Notes under the pieces: model-generated
Told to the model about the DNA's origin: nothing
The model's database searches: none
The model's input: the letters and a program-made list of their open reading frames with translations, nothing else
Shown here: positions 12,831 through 23,630 of the stretch, in pieces
How positions within the stretch are numbered: position 1 is the first letter of the stretch
Layout of the letters: every line of letters begins with the position of its first letter
Source of the DNA: Octopus sinensis
Lineage: Eukaryota
DNA: 64,000 nucleotides
Assembly (NCBI RefSeq): GCF_006345805.1
Contig: NC_043004.1
Span: forward strand, 90,830,001-90,894,000
Direction of reading: 5' to 3'
Made by a program: the position numbers and the translations under genes

Positions 12831-12868
12831 CTGTTACTCGGAGTTTCACGTTCCTGTTCGGAGGACAG
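12831..12868 (-). ncRNA. Decayed hammerhead motif (damaged CUGANGA core)
   Basis: Minus strand CTGT-CCTCCGA-ACA(GGAA)CGT-GAA-ACTC(C)GAGT-A-ACAG. Stem I and stem III pair; the core is mutated. Confidence 0.45.
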
Positions 12869-13200
12869 TTTTGCTAAAATAGAACTGAGATGACAATTCT
12901 ATCAAGGCTAGTATAAACGACACACCTTTAAAAATGGATTTGTTTGATTGGTCCTTTCAAATAACGGTCATATGCGAGCGATGAACAAAAATAAACAAAA
13001 CAAATAAATGAGTTCAGTATAAAATATAAAATTATAAAAATCGAGGAAAAACCTTAAATCGAAGATTTGATTCAAATACATATTGTCATTAATAATGCAG
13101 AAAATATAATTAATACATAAAAATTGAAATTAAAATATTAGAATATATTAAAATATTTCACAACAGTACATACTCATACTAAACCATTAATATACACTCT

Positions 13201-13230
<30 letters not shown>

Positions 13231-13233
<3 letters not shown>

Positions 13234-13504
13234 AAAAGGAAATGAAGAAAATGCTGACAAAATAATTTAAGTAATTTAAGTAATTTAATTAGGTGAAAGT
13301 TCTTTTTACCGGTTGCGCATTTGTTATGCTTATCAAAAGATTAGAGTTCCTTTCTGATAGATTTTTTCCTCTTATCTATCAGAAAGGAACTCTAATCTTT
13401 TGATAAGCATAACAAATGCGCACCGGTAAAAAGAACTTTCACCTAATTAAATTACTTAAATTACTTAAATATTTGTCAGCATTTTCTTCATTTCTTTTTT
13501 TATA
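13231..13504. mobile_element. Near-perfect foldback element (about 132-bp arms, 11-nt loop) with a variant hammerhead in each arm
   Basis: Arms 13231-13362 and 13374-13504 differ by about 4 events. (TA)n on both sides. Confidence 0.85.
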
Positions 13505-13535
13505 TATCACAACTCGTGTTCCACATCTTCTTTTT

Positions 13536-13574
<39 letters not shown>

Positions 13575-13630
13575 ACAGACATATACATATATATATATAT
13601 ATATATTATATATTATATATATAATATATA

Positions 13631-13663
<33 letters not shown>

Positions 13664-14179
13664 TATACATACATATATATATGTGTGTGTGTGGTGTGTG
13701 TGTATATATATATATTACATTTCCAGTCCTCATCACTCGCTAGCACTATTTTTGACATCAGTTTTACCGTGCTTGCACAGGTAGGTAAATCTTAATGAGC
13801 ACTGCATGTAATCACCATCTTCGTCCTTTGTCAGCTCCTCTGTGACATTCAATATCCTGAGACAAATCTACACTTCTTTATCCAACTTTTCTGAAATTTC
13901 AGTCATTCACAGGTTCCATCTATAGAAGTCAGTGTAAGGACCGTTTAAGAAAAGTTCAGGAAGCTATTACTTCTGCAGGCCAAAAAGGGCTTTTTCTTCA
14001 GATTAAAGGGCAGATTGTAAAATCCTTATGTACAAAGCATGCAGCTGCATGATAAAGAGATGTGGACAATGAATATAAAAGACTTGTGAAACTAGAAAGA
14101 CAAAAAATGCTACATCATTGAGCTCCTTGATAGGGCATCTATTGCTTGCCTCTCTATCTCTTTTTTTTTCTTTTTTTTT

Positions 14180-14529
14180 TTTACTCTTTTTACTTGTTTC
14201 AGTCATTTGACTGCGGCCATGCTGGAGCACCGCCTTTAGTCAAGCAACTCGACCCCGGGATTTATTCTTTTTGTAAGCCCAGTACCTATTCTATCGGTCT
14301 CTTTTGCCGAACCGCTAAGTAACGGGGACATAAACACACCAGCATCGGTTGTCAAGCAATGCTAGGGGACAAACACAGACACACAAACATACACATGCAT
14401 ATATATATATATATATATATAATATATATATATATATACATATATACGATGGGCTTCTTTCAGTTTCCGTCTACCAAATCCACTCACAAGGCTTTGGTTG
14501 GCCGGAGGCTATAGTAGAAGACACTTGCC
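14180..14529 (-). mobile_element. SINE family A copy, head truncated, 14-bp flanking direct repeat
   Basis: CTTGCCTCTCTATC at 14145-14158 and 14524-14537. Confidence 0.88.
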
Positions 14530-14883
14530 TCTCTATCACTTACTCCTGTTATAAAACATCCCTCTTATCACTTGCCTGTCTGTCATCCATGCCACCATAC
14601 CCATATCTCATTGTACTCTGTTTTTCATGCACAGTAACATTATATATCCAGTGAAGCATTTTGGGATTCACATAACCTCTGGCTTGAATGCCCATGTAAT
14701 ACAGCATTGTATTTTGCATACAAATAAGGAAAAAATTGGCCCTTAATTTTTAGGACAAATTCCTTAGTTACCAGCAGAAGTAATAGCTCCTTAACATTCT
14801 TTCAAACTTTTCTTATTTTGGCATATGTGTTCCGAGCATCCACTTCTATTGCTGTGGAACCCAAGTGCTCAGAATATATGTAA

Positions 14884-14961
<78 letters not shown>

Positions 14962-14962
14962 C

Positions 14963-15300
14963 GTCATCATCATCATCATCATCATCATCATTTAACGTCC
15001 GCTTTCCATGCTAGCATGGGTTGGATGATTTAACTGAGGTCTGGCGAACCAGATGGCTGCACCAGACTCCAATCTGATCTGGCAGAGTCTCTACAGCTGG
15101 ATGCCCTTCCGAATGCTAACCACTCGAGAGTGTAGTGGGTGCTTTTATGTGCCACCAGCATGAGGGCCAGTCAGGTGGTACTGGCAGCAGCCACACTCAA
15201 ATGGTGCTTATTATGTGCCACCTGCACAGGAGCCAGTCCAGCTGCACTGGTAACGACTTTGCTCAGATGTTTTTTCACGTGCCAGAAGGCGACACAGGTA
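14963..15300 (-). mobile_element. RTE 3' UTR copy with (GAT)n tail, flanked by (TA)n
   Basis: (CAT)n-TTTAACGTCCGCTTTCCATGCTAGCATGGG at 14963-15020; (TA)n on both sides. Confidence 0.88.
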
Positions 15301-15323
15301 ATGATCATATCATATACATATAT

Positions 15324-15366
<43 letters not shown>

Positions 15367-15404
15367 CCATGGATTCATTGCTCCTGAAAAAGGAACCCCT
15401 TCCT

Positions 15405-15930
15405 GAAGTCCTTCCATTGCTGTCTGTCTCTGGCTAGTCATGGCCATGTAGGTCCCAGGTACTGGGTGAAATCATCATGCCATCTTGTCTTTGGTTGTCC
15501 TCTAAATCTTGTCCATTGTCTTGATGTCAATTCCTACACCCTAATTGTCCATCTGCTGTCCTTCAGTCATGCAATATGCCCAGCCCATCTATATTCATTC
15601 TCCTTGATGGTTCTTATGACACTTAACTCTTATTTGCTGTTGAATCCCAGTATTGGTTTTCTTGTCTTGCAACGTAATGCCAAGCATAATTCATTCCATT
15701 TTCTGTTGGGATACAAAGGGGGTATTCATGATAGTAGTATTGAGAGCCTATGTTTCACTGCTGTAAATCATCACTGGCAGGGGTACTCATTGAACTTTCT
15801 TTTAATTTTCATCGAAGCCTTGGGACTTTTCATAAAGTTTTCCATCTTAATGTGTTTCCAACCAAATGCTATACTTCTCTTGATTTCCTGAAGATTTTCC
15901 ATCTTTTGTCACCATGTTTCTCAGGTAGAC
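15405..15930 (-). mobile_element. Old RTE-like LINE ORF2 C-terminal fragment (second family)
   Basis: Minus-strand frames give degraded WAGHIA..D.RWT..V and RGQPKTRW.D..W..LARDR motifs with stops. Confidence 0.6.
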
Positions 15931-15989
15931 AACTATCTACCTCTTACTTGGTCTTGCTGCTTACAGTGATGATGCTGGCATAACACACC

Positions 15990-16890
15990 TGTTAAACATG
16001 GCTATGAACTTCTGACATGGCCTGTACAACTTTCACGAGCCACTTGTCCACTCCTAGCTTCCTCAGAGCCCACCATATTTCACAGCAGAGTAGTCTGTTG
16101 AAGGCTTTCTCCAAGTCCATACATGCCAAATACAATTGTTTATTTTTAGCCAGATACTTTTCCTGAAGTTGTCTGGCCATAACAATAGCATTAGCTGTGC
16201 TTCTCCCCAGCACAAAACCAAACTGTATTTTATCTAATCTGATTTTGTTCCTAATTAATTAGGCTATAACTGTTTCCATAATTTTCATGACTTGCTCTAG
16301 TTATGTGATACCTGTAACTGCTTCTTTGTAACAGTTAACCATACTTCTGCTACACTAGTAATAGGGGATGACACCTTCCTGAATAACCCACTTAACTGTA
16401 TGGGTAACTAGACCATATCCTACTCTGCCAGATATTTTAGGCACTTTAGTGGTAACTCTCAATGGACCAGGGGATTTCCCTGTCTTCATATGCTTAATTG
16501 CCTTATTTATCACACTGCTGTCAACTCAAATAGCTGATCTCTCTATTGGGTTCTAATAGGGGAGACTCTCTTACTCCCTTTCATTTTCTACGTTTAATAG
16601 CCTTTCATAATAGCACTTTCACGCCTCTTTTCTTTTCAGAGTCTCTAAGTGCAAGCATACCATTATCCATCCATACACAATTCTCTCCCACACATTTTGA
16701 TTGTCTCTGACACACTGTCTAGTGATCCAGAACACCTCAAGACTCTGATCTTCACACTGTAAGACATTGGTAAACCTCTTCCTTTCTAGAGAAACCTGTC
16801 ACCTAGCTTCCCTCTTGGCTACCTGATATAGCTCTTTGCTACCTCCATTTCTCCAGTCTTTCCAAGCCCACCTCTTCACTCTTGAGGCCT
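15990..16890 (-). mobile_element. Decayed RTE RT fragment
   Basis: ORF 15992-16213 reads ST.NAI..ARQLQEKYLAKNKQLYLACMDLEKAFNR, homologous to 4090-4200. Confidence 0.8.
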
Positions 16891-17059
16891 TATCTACCTC
16901 TGTTCATGTATGAGTATGCACACATAATTGTGGAGTTTCACAGATTTTGATGCCAAACTTGGTTCATGGGGTTGTAAATTCATGAGTTTGTGCATATATA
17001 TATATTTGTTTCTGTGAATCATGTGATGTCATGAATATGTGTAACGCACACATATTTGT

Positions 17060-18050
17060 GTAAGAAGGAAATCCAGCAATGTTTTCCTCAGTTATCAAGT
17101 ATCTGCAGAACAAGTGTTTAACCGCCAATGACATTCATGCTTACATTCTTGCTACATTTGGGAAGACACTCCAGTTTTATCAACAGTACCAAAGTGGGCA
17201 GCTGAATTTAGGAGGGGGAAGAAGAGACTTGAAATGACCCAAGGTCTGGACATCCTGCAAATGAGACCACTAAGGAGAACATAGATCATTTCACCATATG
17301 GTGATGGATGATAGACAATTGATTACAAATCAAGCAGCCAAAGCTATTAGCTTATCTTGTAAAAGATTTGAGAATATTCTGTACAATGAACGTGGCATGA
17401 CATAGGCTTCTGCTTGATGGGTGCCACGTCTTCTGAAACCTGATCAAAAGTGCACCAGGCTGATCACACCAGAGGAAAATCTGACTTTGCTTGTTACAGA
17501 TCCAGCAAATTTCCTTGAATATTTCCTAACCTAGGATGAGTACTGTGTCCATCACTTTGATCCAGAGACAAAGAGACAATCCATGCAGTGGAAACATCCT
17601 TCCTTACCTGCTCCAAAGAATGCCAAGATCATTTCATCTGCAGGGACGGTGATGGCCTCAGTATTTTAGGATGCAACATGCATTGTGTTTATTTACTATC
17701 TTCAAAAATAGCCACACCATCAATAGATAGTACTATGCCATCTTGCTGAGGTAGTTACAAAAGTCTATCAAGATTAAACACCCATGAAAACTGATGAAAG
17801 GTGTCTTGTTTCATTAGGACAATGCTCCATCACTCAAGTCCTTAGTTTCAATGGTTGCTTGGTTTCAATGTGTGTAGGTGTAGTTTTGTGTGTGGTCAAT
17901 CACTCTTCCTATTCTCCTGATTTGGCCCCATCTTATTATCATCTGTTCCCGAGCACAAAAAAAAAAAAAAACACTTGCCTGGGAACCAGTACTACAGTGA
18001 TGATAACATCATATTTGCTGTTGATGATATTTTTGATCAACAGGATGAAA
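17060..18050 (+). mobile_element. Mariner (DD34D-type) transposase pseudogene
   Basis: WVPRLL at 17418, DE..VHHFDPETKRQSMQWKH, GVLFH*DNAP and HSSYSPDLAPS..HLFP motifs; many stops and frameshifts. TIRs not identified. Confidence 0.88.
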
Positions 18051-18171
18051 GCTAGCAGGTTAAAACTTCGAATTCACTACCACCCCTCTTCTTGTAGAAG
18101 TTTAAACATGTACTCAAGTGAAAAATATCGAATAATCCTTCAGGTTAATGGGAAAATGTTTTTATGTATAA

Positions 18172-18573
18172 CTAGCAGTATTGCCCGGCGTTGCTCGGGT
18201 TTGTAAGGGAAATAACTATATAAGCATTTTTAGAGAGTTATAGCCAAAATATAGCCAAAAAATGCATTAAAAATGGAAAAAAAAATGATGGTAAATTTTT
18301 TTTTAAATCGTTGACTCATCGTAGACATTTTTAGAGAGTTACTCCCCTTATATAATAGCGAAAAAAATGCATTAAAATGGAAAAAAATGATGGTAAATTT
18401 TTTTTTAAATCGTAGACTCATCGTAGACAGCGCTAATACCCAGAAGGGCTTGATATGAATCACGACTATAAGGTACCCGGTTTTGGTTAAACTGCACCGC
18501 AAAATGTGGGAGTAGTTAGGAATCTAAATCGTAGGAGACAGACAGCATACAACCTCTCTTTTATATATAAAGA
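18172..18573 (-). mobile_element. Non-autonomous Helitron, copy 1
   Basis: Minus strand A|TCTTTATATATAAAA...CCCGAGCAACGCCGGG hairpin-CAATACTG-CTAG|T. Internal tandem duplication of about 105 bp. Confidence 0.85.
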
Positions 18574-18904
18574 TTTCACACACACACACACACACAGAAG
18601 GAACCAAAATAAACAACAGTCCTATAATGGCAAGCATCTAAAAATCACAATGATTTTGGCATCATCTAGCAGTAACACTCCTTCTAGTAGTGCCAAGCAA
18701 CATTGATGGCATCAGGGTATATTCAAATTTTGGGGGCACACACTGTAATCCACTATCCTAAACCAGGAGCATCTGTAACCACTTTAAGCAACAACTATTT
18801 GGTTTTACTTCATTCTGGAGATTTGCTTTGCTTTTGTCTCGCATAAGTCAGCTAAATCTATGATGTGACACCTACTCCATCTCCCTTTCTTAGCTTATGT
18901 ATAA

Positions 18905-19290
18905 CTAGCAGTATCGCCTGGCATTGCTCGGGTTTGTAAGGGAAATAACTATATAAGCATTTTTAGAGAGTTATAGCAAAAAAATGCATTAAAAATGGAA
19001 AAAAATGATGGTAAATTTTTTTTAAATCGTTGACTCATCGTAAACATTTTTAGAGAGTTACTTCCCTTATATAATAGCGAAAAAAATGCATTAAAATGGA
19101 AAAAAATGATGGTAATTTTTTTTTTAAATTGTAGACTCATCGTAGACGTATGCTAATACCGAGAAGGGCTCAATATGAATCACGACTATAAGATACCCGG
19201 TTTTGGTTAAACTGCACCGCAAAATGTGGGAGTAGTTAGGAATCTAAATCGTAGGAGACAGACACACAACTTGACTTTTATATATAAAGA
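18905..19290 (-). mobile_element. Non-autonomous Helitron, copy 2
   Basis: Same TC...CTAG termini, A|T target and body as copy 1. Confidence 0.85.
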
Positions 19291-19639
19291 TATCTTTGAT
19301 GTCCTTCCTAAAACCAATGTCAGTTAAGTAGAACATAAGTTTAGTCACATACTCAGGACATCTCACCTCTAATGAAAGCACCATACACTGCCATTCTCAT
19401 GCCTGACATGATTCCTGAAATTGTACATAGCTTAGGCTCTTCTTTTCATGTACCCACTCCACATTACCTTCCCAAGGCACTGACAATTCAATTCAATAAT
19501 TAGTACATTTTTATCAAGTTAGACCATACCATAAAGTCAAAAGACTGCTGTTATTGCAATAGGTCTTGGGAACACAACCACAGGCCCCAATGATGCATAA
19601 CGTTCACACTGATGACAATCACCCGTGTAACTGCAAATA

Positions 19640-19922
19640 TATGTATATATATATATGCAAATATATGTATATATATATGTGTGTGCATGCATGTATATAC
19701 ATACAGACACACATATATATATATACACATACATACACATACACACACATATATATATATACATACATATGCATATATATATACATATACGTACATATAT
19801 ATACATATATACATATATATATGTATATACACATATATATACATACATACATGCATACATACATACATACATACATACATACATACATACATACATACAT
19901 ACATACATACGTACACCCACAC

Positions 19923-19958
<36 letters not shown>
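19640..19958. repeat. (TA)n/(ACAT)n compound microsatellite
   Basis: Directly visible. Confidence 0.9.
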
Positions 19959-19959
<1 letters not shown>

Positions 19960-20255
19960 AGAGTAAATAATAGTTTTAATGGTTTTTAAAAAAAAACAAG
20001 AATTATTTACAGGTAGATTTCGGCATTATTATTTACTCTTATTATATTACTAATTGAAATTTTCAATCCCTTATGACAAGGGATTCTATCTCTAAAGAAC
20101 TATTTTTGTAATACGCATGGTAAAATTTTGGAGGGAAAATGCGGATTCAATCATCTATATAGATTTGGCCTATGCTTGCTTTCTTCCACTATTCCAACGA
20201 CGCCAGCTCAGGGGGTAGAGGTATGTAGCATTTGAAAAATCTATTTGAGTGGAGA

Positions 20256-20316
20256 GTTACGCTGATGAAAGATATGGAGTTTATATTCCTAATTTAGAAA
20301 CACGTTTGTAAATAAC
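20256..20316 (+). ncRNA. Type I hammerhead motif, intact core, imperfect stems
   Basis: GTTACG-CTGATGA-[AAGATATGGAGTTTATATTCCTAATTTA]-GAA-ACA(CGTT)TGT-A-AATAAC. Confidence 0.55.
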
Positions 20317-20506
20317 CTTTAGACTTTGCTTTCGTTATTTCTTCCTTCTGTTTTGCATATGTGAATTACAGGGATATGTCGTATGTGGAGTCTCATTTGT
20401 AGAAAATAGAAATAAACAGTCTTTGACTGCTATTTCTAATTTTTCGGTATGTGGCTAAGCAACCTGGTGCCTGCCTCTTTTATTTATATACAAATATATA
20501 TATATA

Positions 20507-21345
20507 TCATCATCATCATCATCATCATCATTTAACGTCCGCTTTCCATGCTAGCATGGGTTGGACGGTTCAACTGGGGTCTGGGGAGCCCGAAGGCTGC
20601 ACCAGTCCTGTCAGATCTGGCAGTGTTTCTACAGCTGGATGCCCTTCCTAACGCCAACCACTCCGAGAGTGTAGTGGGTGATTTTATGTGCCACCGACAC
20701 AGGTGCCAGACGAGGCTGACAAACGGCCACGCTCGGATGGTATTTTTTATGTGCCACCGACACAGGTGCCAGACGCTGGCAGACGGCCACGCTCGGATGG
20801 TGTTTTTATGTGCCACTGACACAGGTGCCAGATGAGGCTGGCAAACGGCCACGATTGAATGTTGTTTGTTACGTGCCCACAGCACGGAGGCCAGTTGGTA
20901 CTGGCTACGGCCACGTTCGGATGGTTTTCTTGTGTGCCACGTGCCACTGGCACTGGTACCACAAAGATACAAATTCCATTGATGTTCATCTATTTTGATT
21001 TGTTTTGATTTTCACTTGCCTCAACAGGTCTTCACAAGTGTCACAAGAAGGAAGGTAAGCACAGGTGGACTGACTACGTCCCAGGTAGGGGCCACGGGTT
21101 ATGGCCTGACTAGTCTTGCCGGGTCTTCGGATGGTGTTTTTATGTGCCACCGACATAGGTGCCAGATGAGGCTGGCGAATGGCCACGATCGGATGGTGTT
21201 TGTTACGTGCCCACAGCACGGAGGCCAGTCGATGCGGTACTGGCTACGGCCACGTTCAGATGGTTTTCTTGTGTGCCACCGGCACTGGTACCACAAAGAT
21301 ACAAATTCCATTAATGTTCATCTATTTTGATTTGTTTTGATTTGA
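20507..21345 (-). mobile_element. RTE 3' end (ORF end, UTR, tail) with an extra UTR segment joined upstream
   Basis: 20793-21003 is repeated at 21127-21340 (period 334). The junction GGGTCT|TC|GGATGG fuses the ORF end to the UTR repeat. Confidence 0.85.
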
Positions 21346-21442
21346 TTTGATTTGATTTGATTTGATTTTGATTTATATATATATATATATATATAAACGA
21401 TGATGATGATGATGATGATGATGATATATATATATATATATA

Positions 21443-21622
21443 TATAATCAAAATAAGCAACAAGAATATCTCCGGTAATTTTCCGGAAAACCTCTGTAAA
21501 TGGCTGATGATTGCTCAACATTTTAAAACTGTTGTAATACTTACAATATTTAATAAAATGATGTAGCGTGAAACGATCGTACCAAATTACCGGAGATATT
21601 CTTGTTGCTTATTTTGATTATA
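21443..21622. mobile_element. 180-bp element with perfect 39-bp terminal inverted repeats enclosing a hammerhead
   Basis: TATAATCAAAATAAGCAACAAGAATATCTCCGGTAATTT at 21443-21481 and its reverse complement at 21584-21622. Confidence 0.8.
21501..21584 (+). ncRNA. Type I hammerhead motif with a long stem II insert
   Basis: TGG-CTGATGA-TTGC[51 nt]GCGT-GAA-ACGATCGT-A-CCA. Palindromic stem III, GUA triplet. Confidence 0.65.
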
Positions 21623-22496
21623 ATCACCCCATGGATTTATATGGATAACACCATACAAAATTCTGGTGCATCTAACTTAAGTACCATATATATGTAGGAG
21701 AGTATTGTACTTCGCTTGAAGCATTGTGTATTGTTTGTAAAATATGACATGTCTTGAATGGCACAACAATGCAGAGTGGATTATAATAACTGTTATAATT
21801 TAATTATCCTTAGTCTAATGTAATAATAATATTTTGGAATACAAAAATTCCTTCTTCAGATATCGCTAGGAATTGATTAAGTCACTGCTGTAATTGGTTT
21901 TTCAACAGTTACTGAAATTTTTGTTCAGTAACACACACATAAATACATACATACATACATATATACACATAAATACTAATACACACAAAAACTATACAGA
22001 AATTTTAATAATAACAGTAAAGCTAAAATGTTAAAATGTCAAGATCTTCTGAAGTCTCCTTACCACATCTGTTAAATGAAAAAGAAAATGTCTTTGATAT
22101 TCTTAATTGAAATGTTAAGATATAGAGTTAAGAGGTAATTAAGGTATGTTATCTTAAGAGGCTCATTAGCAGTGTGCTATTGCAAATGATCACAGCTTAT
22201 AGTGTCAGCTTGCTTACTAGCGTTTGAAATGTCATGCAGTAAAAACAATACTTCATTCTATTATAGGTGTTATTTATCTCGAGTGAGATAACCACCTACC
22301 GCTATTTGATAAAACTGTTGATAACTGTTGCTGCTACTCTTCTTGTTGTTGTTGGTTGAAGTAGAGGTGTTTTAGTGGTTGCTATCTCTACTACTCTACT
22401 ACTACCACCACAATACAAGGTATATTTCATAGGAGAGAGAGCCAGAGAAATTAGGAGATATACAAACAGATAGGATATGAAATTATATATATATAT

Positions 22497-22905
22497 ACTC
22501 TTTTACTCTTTTACTTGTTTCAGTCATTTGACTGCAGCCATGCTGGAGCACCGCCTTTAATCGAGCAACTCGACCCCGGGACTTATTCTTTTGTAAGCCC
22601 AGTACTTATTCTATCGGTCTCTTTTGCCGAACTGCTAAGTAACGGTGACATAAACACACCAGCATCGGTTGTCAAGCAATGCTAGGGGGACAAACACAGA
22701 CACACAAACACACACACGCATATATATATATATACATATATACGACAGGCTTCTTTCAGTTTCCGTCTACCAAATCCACTCACAAGACTTTGCTCAGCCC
22801 GAGGCTATAGTAGAAGACACTTGCCTAAGGTGCCATGCAGTGGGACTGAACCCGGAACCATGTGGTTGGTAAACAAGGTACTTACCACACAGCCACTCCT
22901 GCGCC
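22497..22905 (-). mobile_element. SINE family A, full length
   Basis: tRNA-like head (A-box-like TGGCTGTGTGG, B-box-like GGTTCAGTCCC), CCTT.GGCAAGT motif, internal (TA)/(TG) tract, (AAAGAGT)n tail. Confidence 0.9.
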
Positions 22906-23599
22906 ATATATATATATATATGTCACTCACACATACACATATAAACAGCCAACACCTCCCAAACACCACACACACACAGACTTGCATGCACGCACATACC
23001 CTCACATACACACAGATACCTCTTTCTCTTACATTCTCCTGTCTTAGAAAGAACTTTTTCTTTACCCATTCCCTTCTCGTCATTTCGAAATGTAACCACA
23101 TTTGGATCGTTGACGATTTTTTTCCTCCATCTTCCTTTTCTCTTGGACTTTCCTCTATCTCCTGTTTCTGACAAAGAGCTTTGCTTGAAACGTAAAAGCT
23201 ATCTTTCTTTCTTTTCCCTGAGCATTTATTAATACTTTGTATGTTCCATGTCCTCATGTTGTTGTTTTTTTCTTGTTGTGTTTATTCTTTGTTTTTTGGG
23301 GGGATTTACTATATATATATATATATATGTTATAATTTAGAATAAACAGTAAAAAGTTGTCATTATAGTACTCAGAGTTTCAAATGTTGGAGCAAAGAGC
23401 TACGATGCATTCTCGTTGGCTATTAGTGGTAACAGTTGCTATGAAAATCCGTTGAATAAAAGGGAAGTTACTCTAATAGGTAGAAAAAGAAAAAAGATAA
23501 AAAATACACGCAACCATATTCTCACAATATATAGACATAAACCTCCTGCATTCACAATGTCTACATACATACACATTCACACCTATATATATACAGACC

Positions 23600-23630
<31 letters not shown>

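Noticed and set aside
20685-20960. CRISPR-like repeat/spacer appearance
   Set aside because: The apparent spacers are homologous to each other, the units belong to the RTE 3' UTR, there are no cas genes, and the context is eukaryotic.
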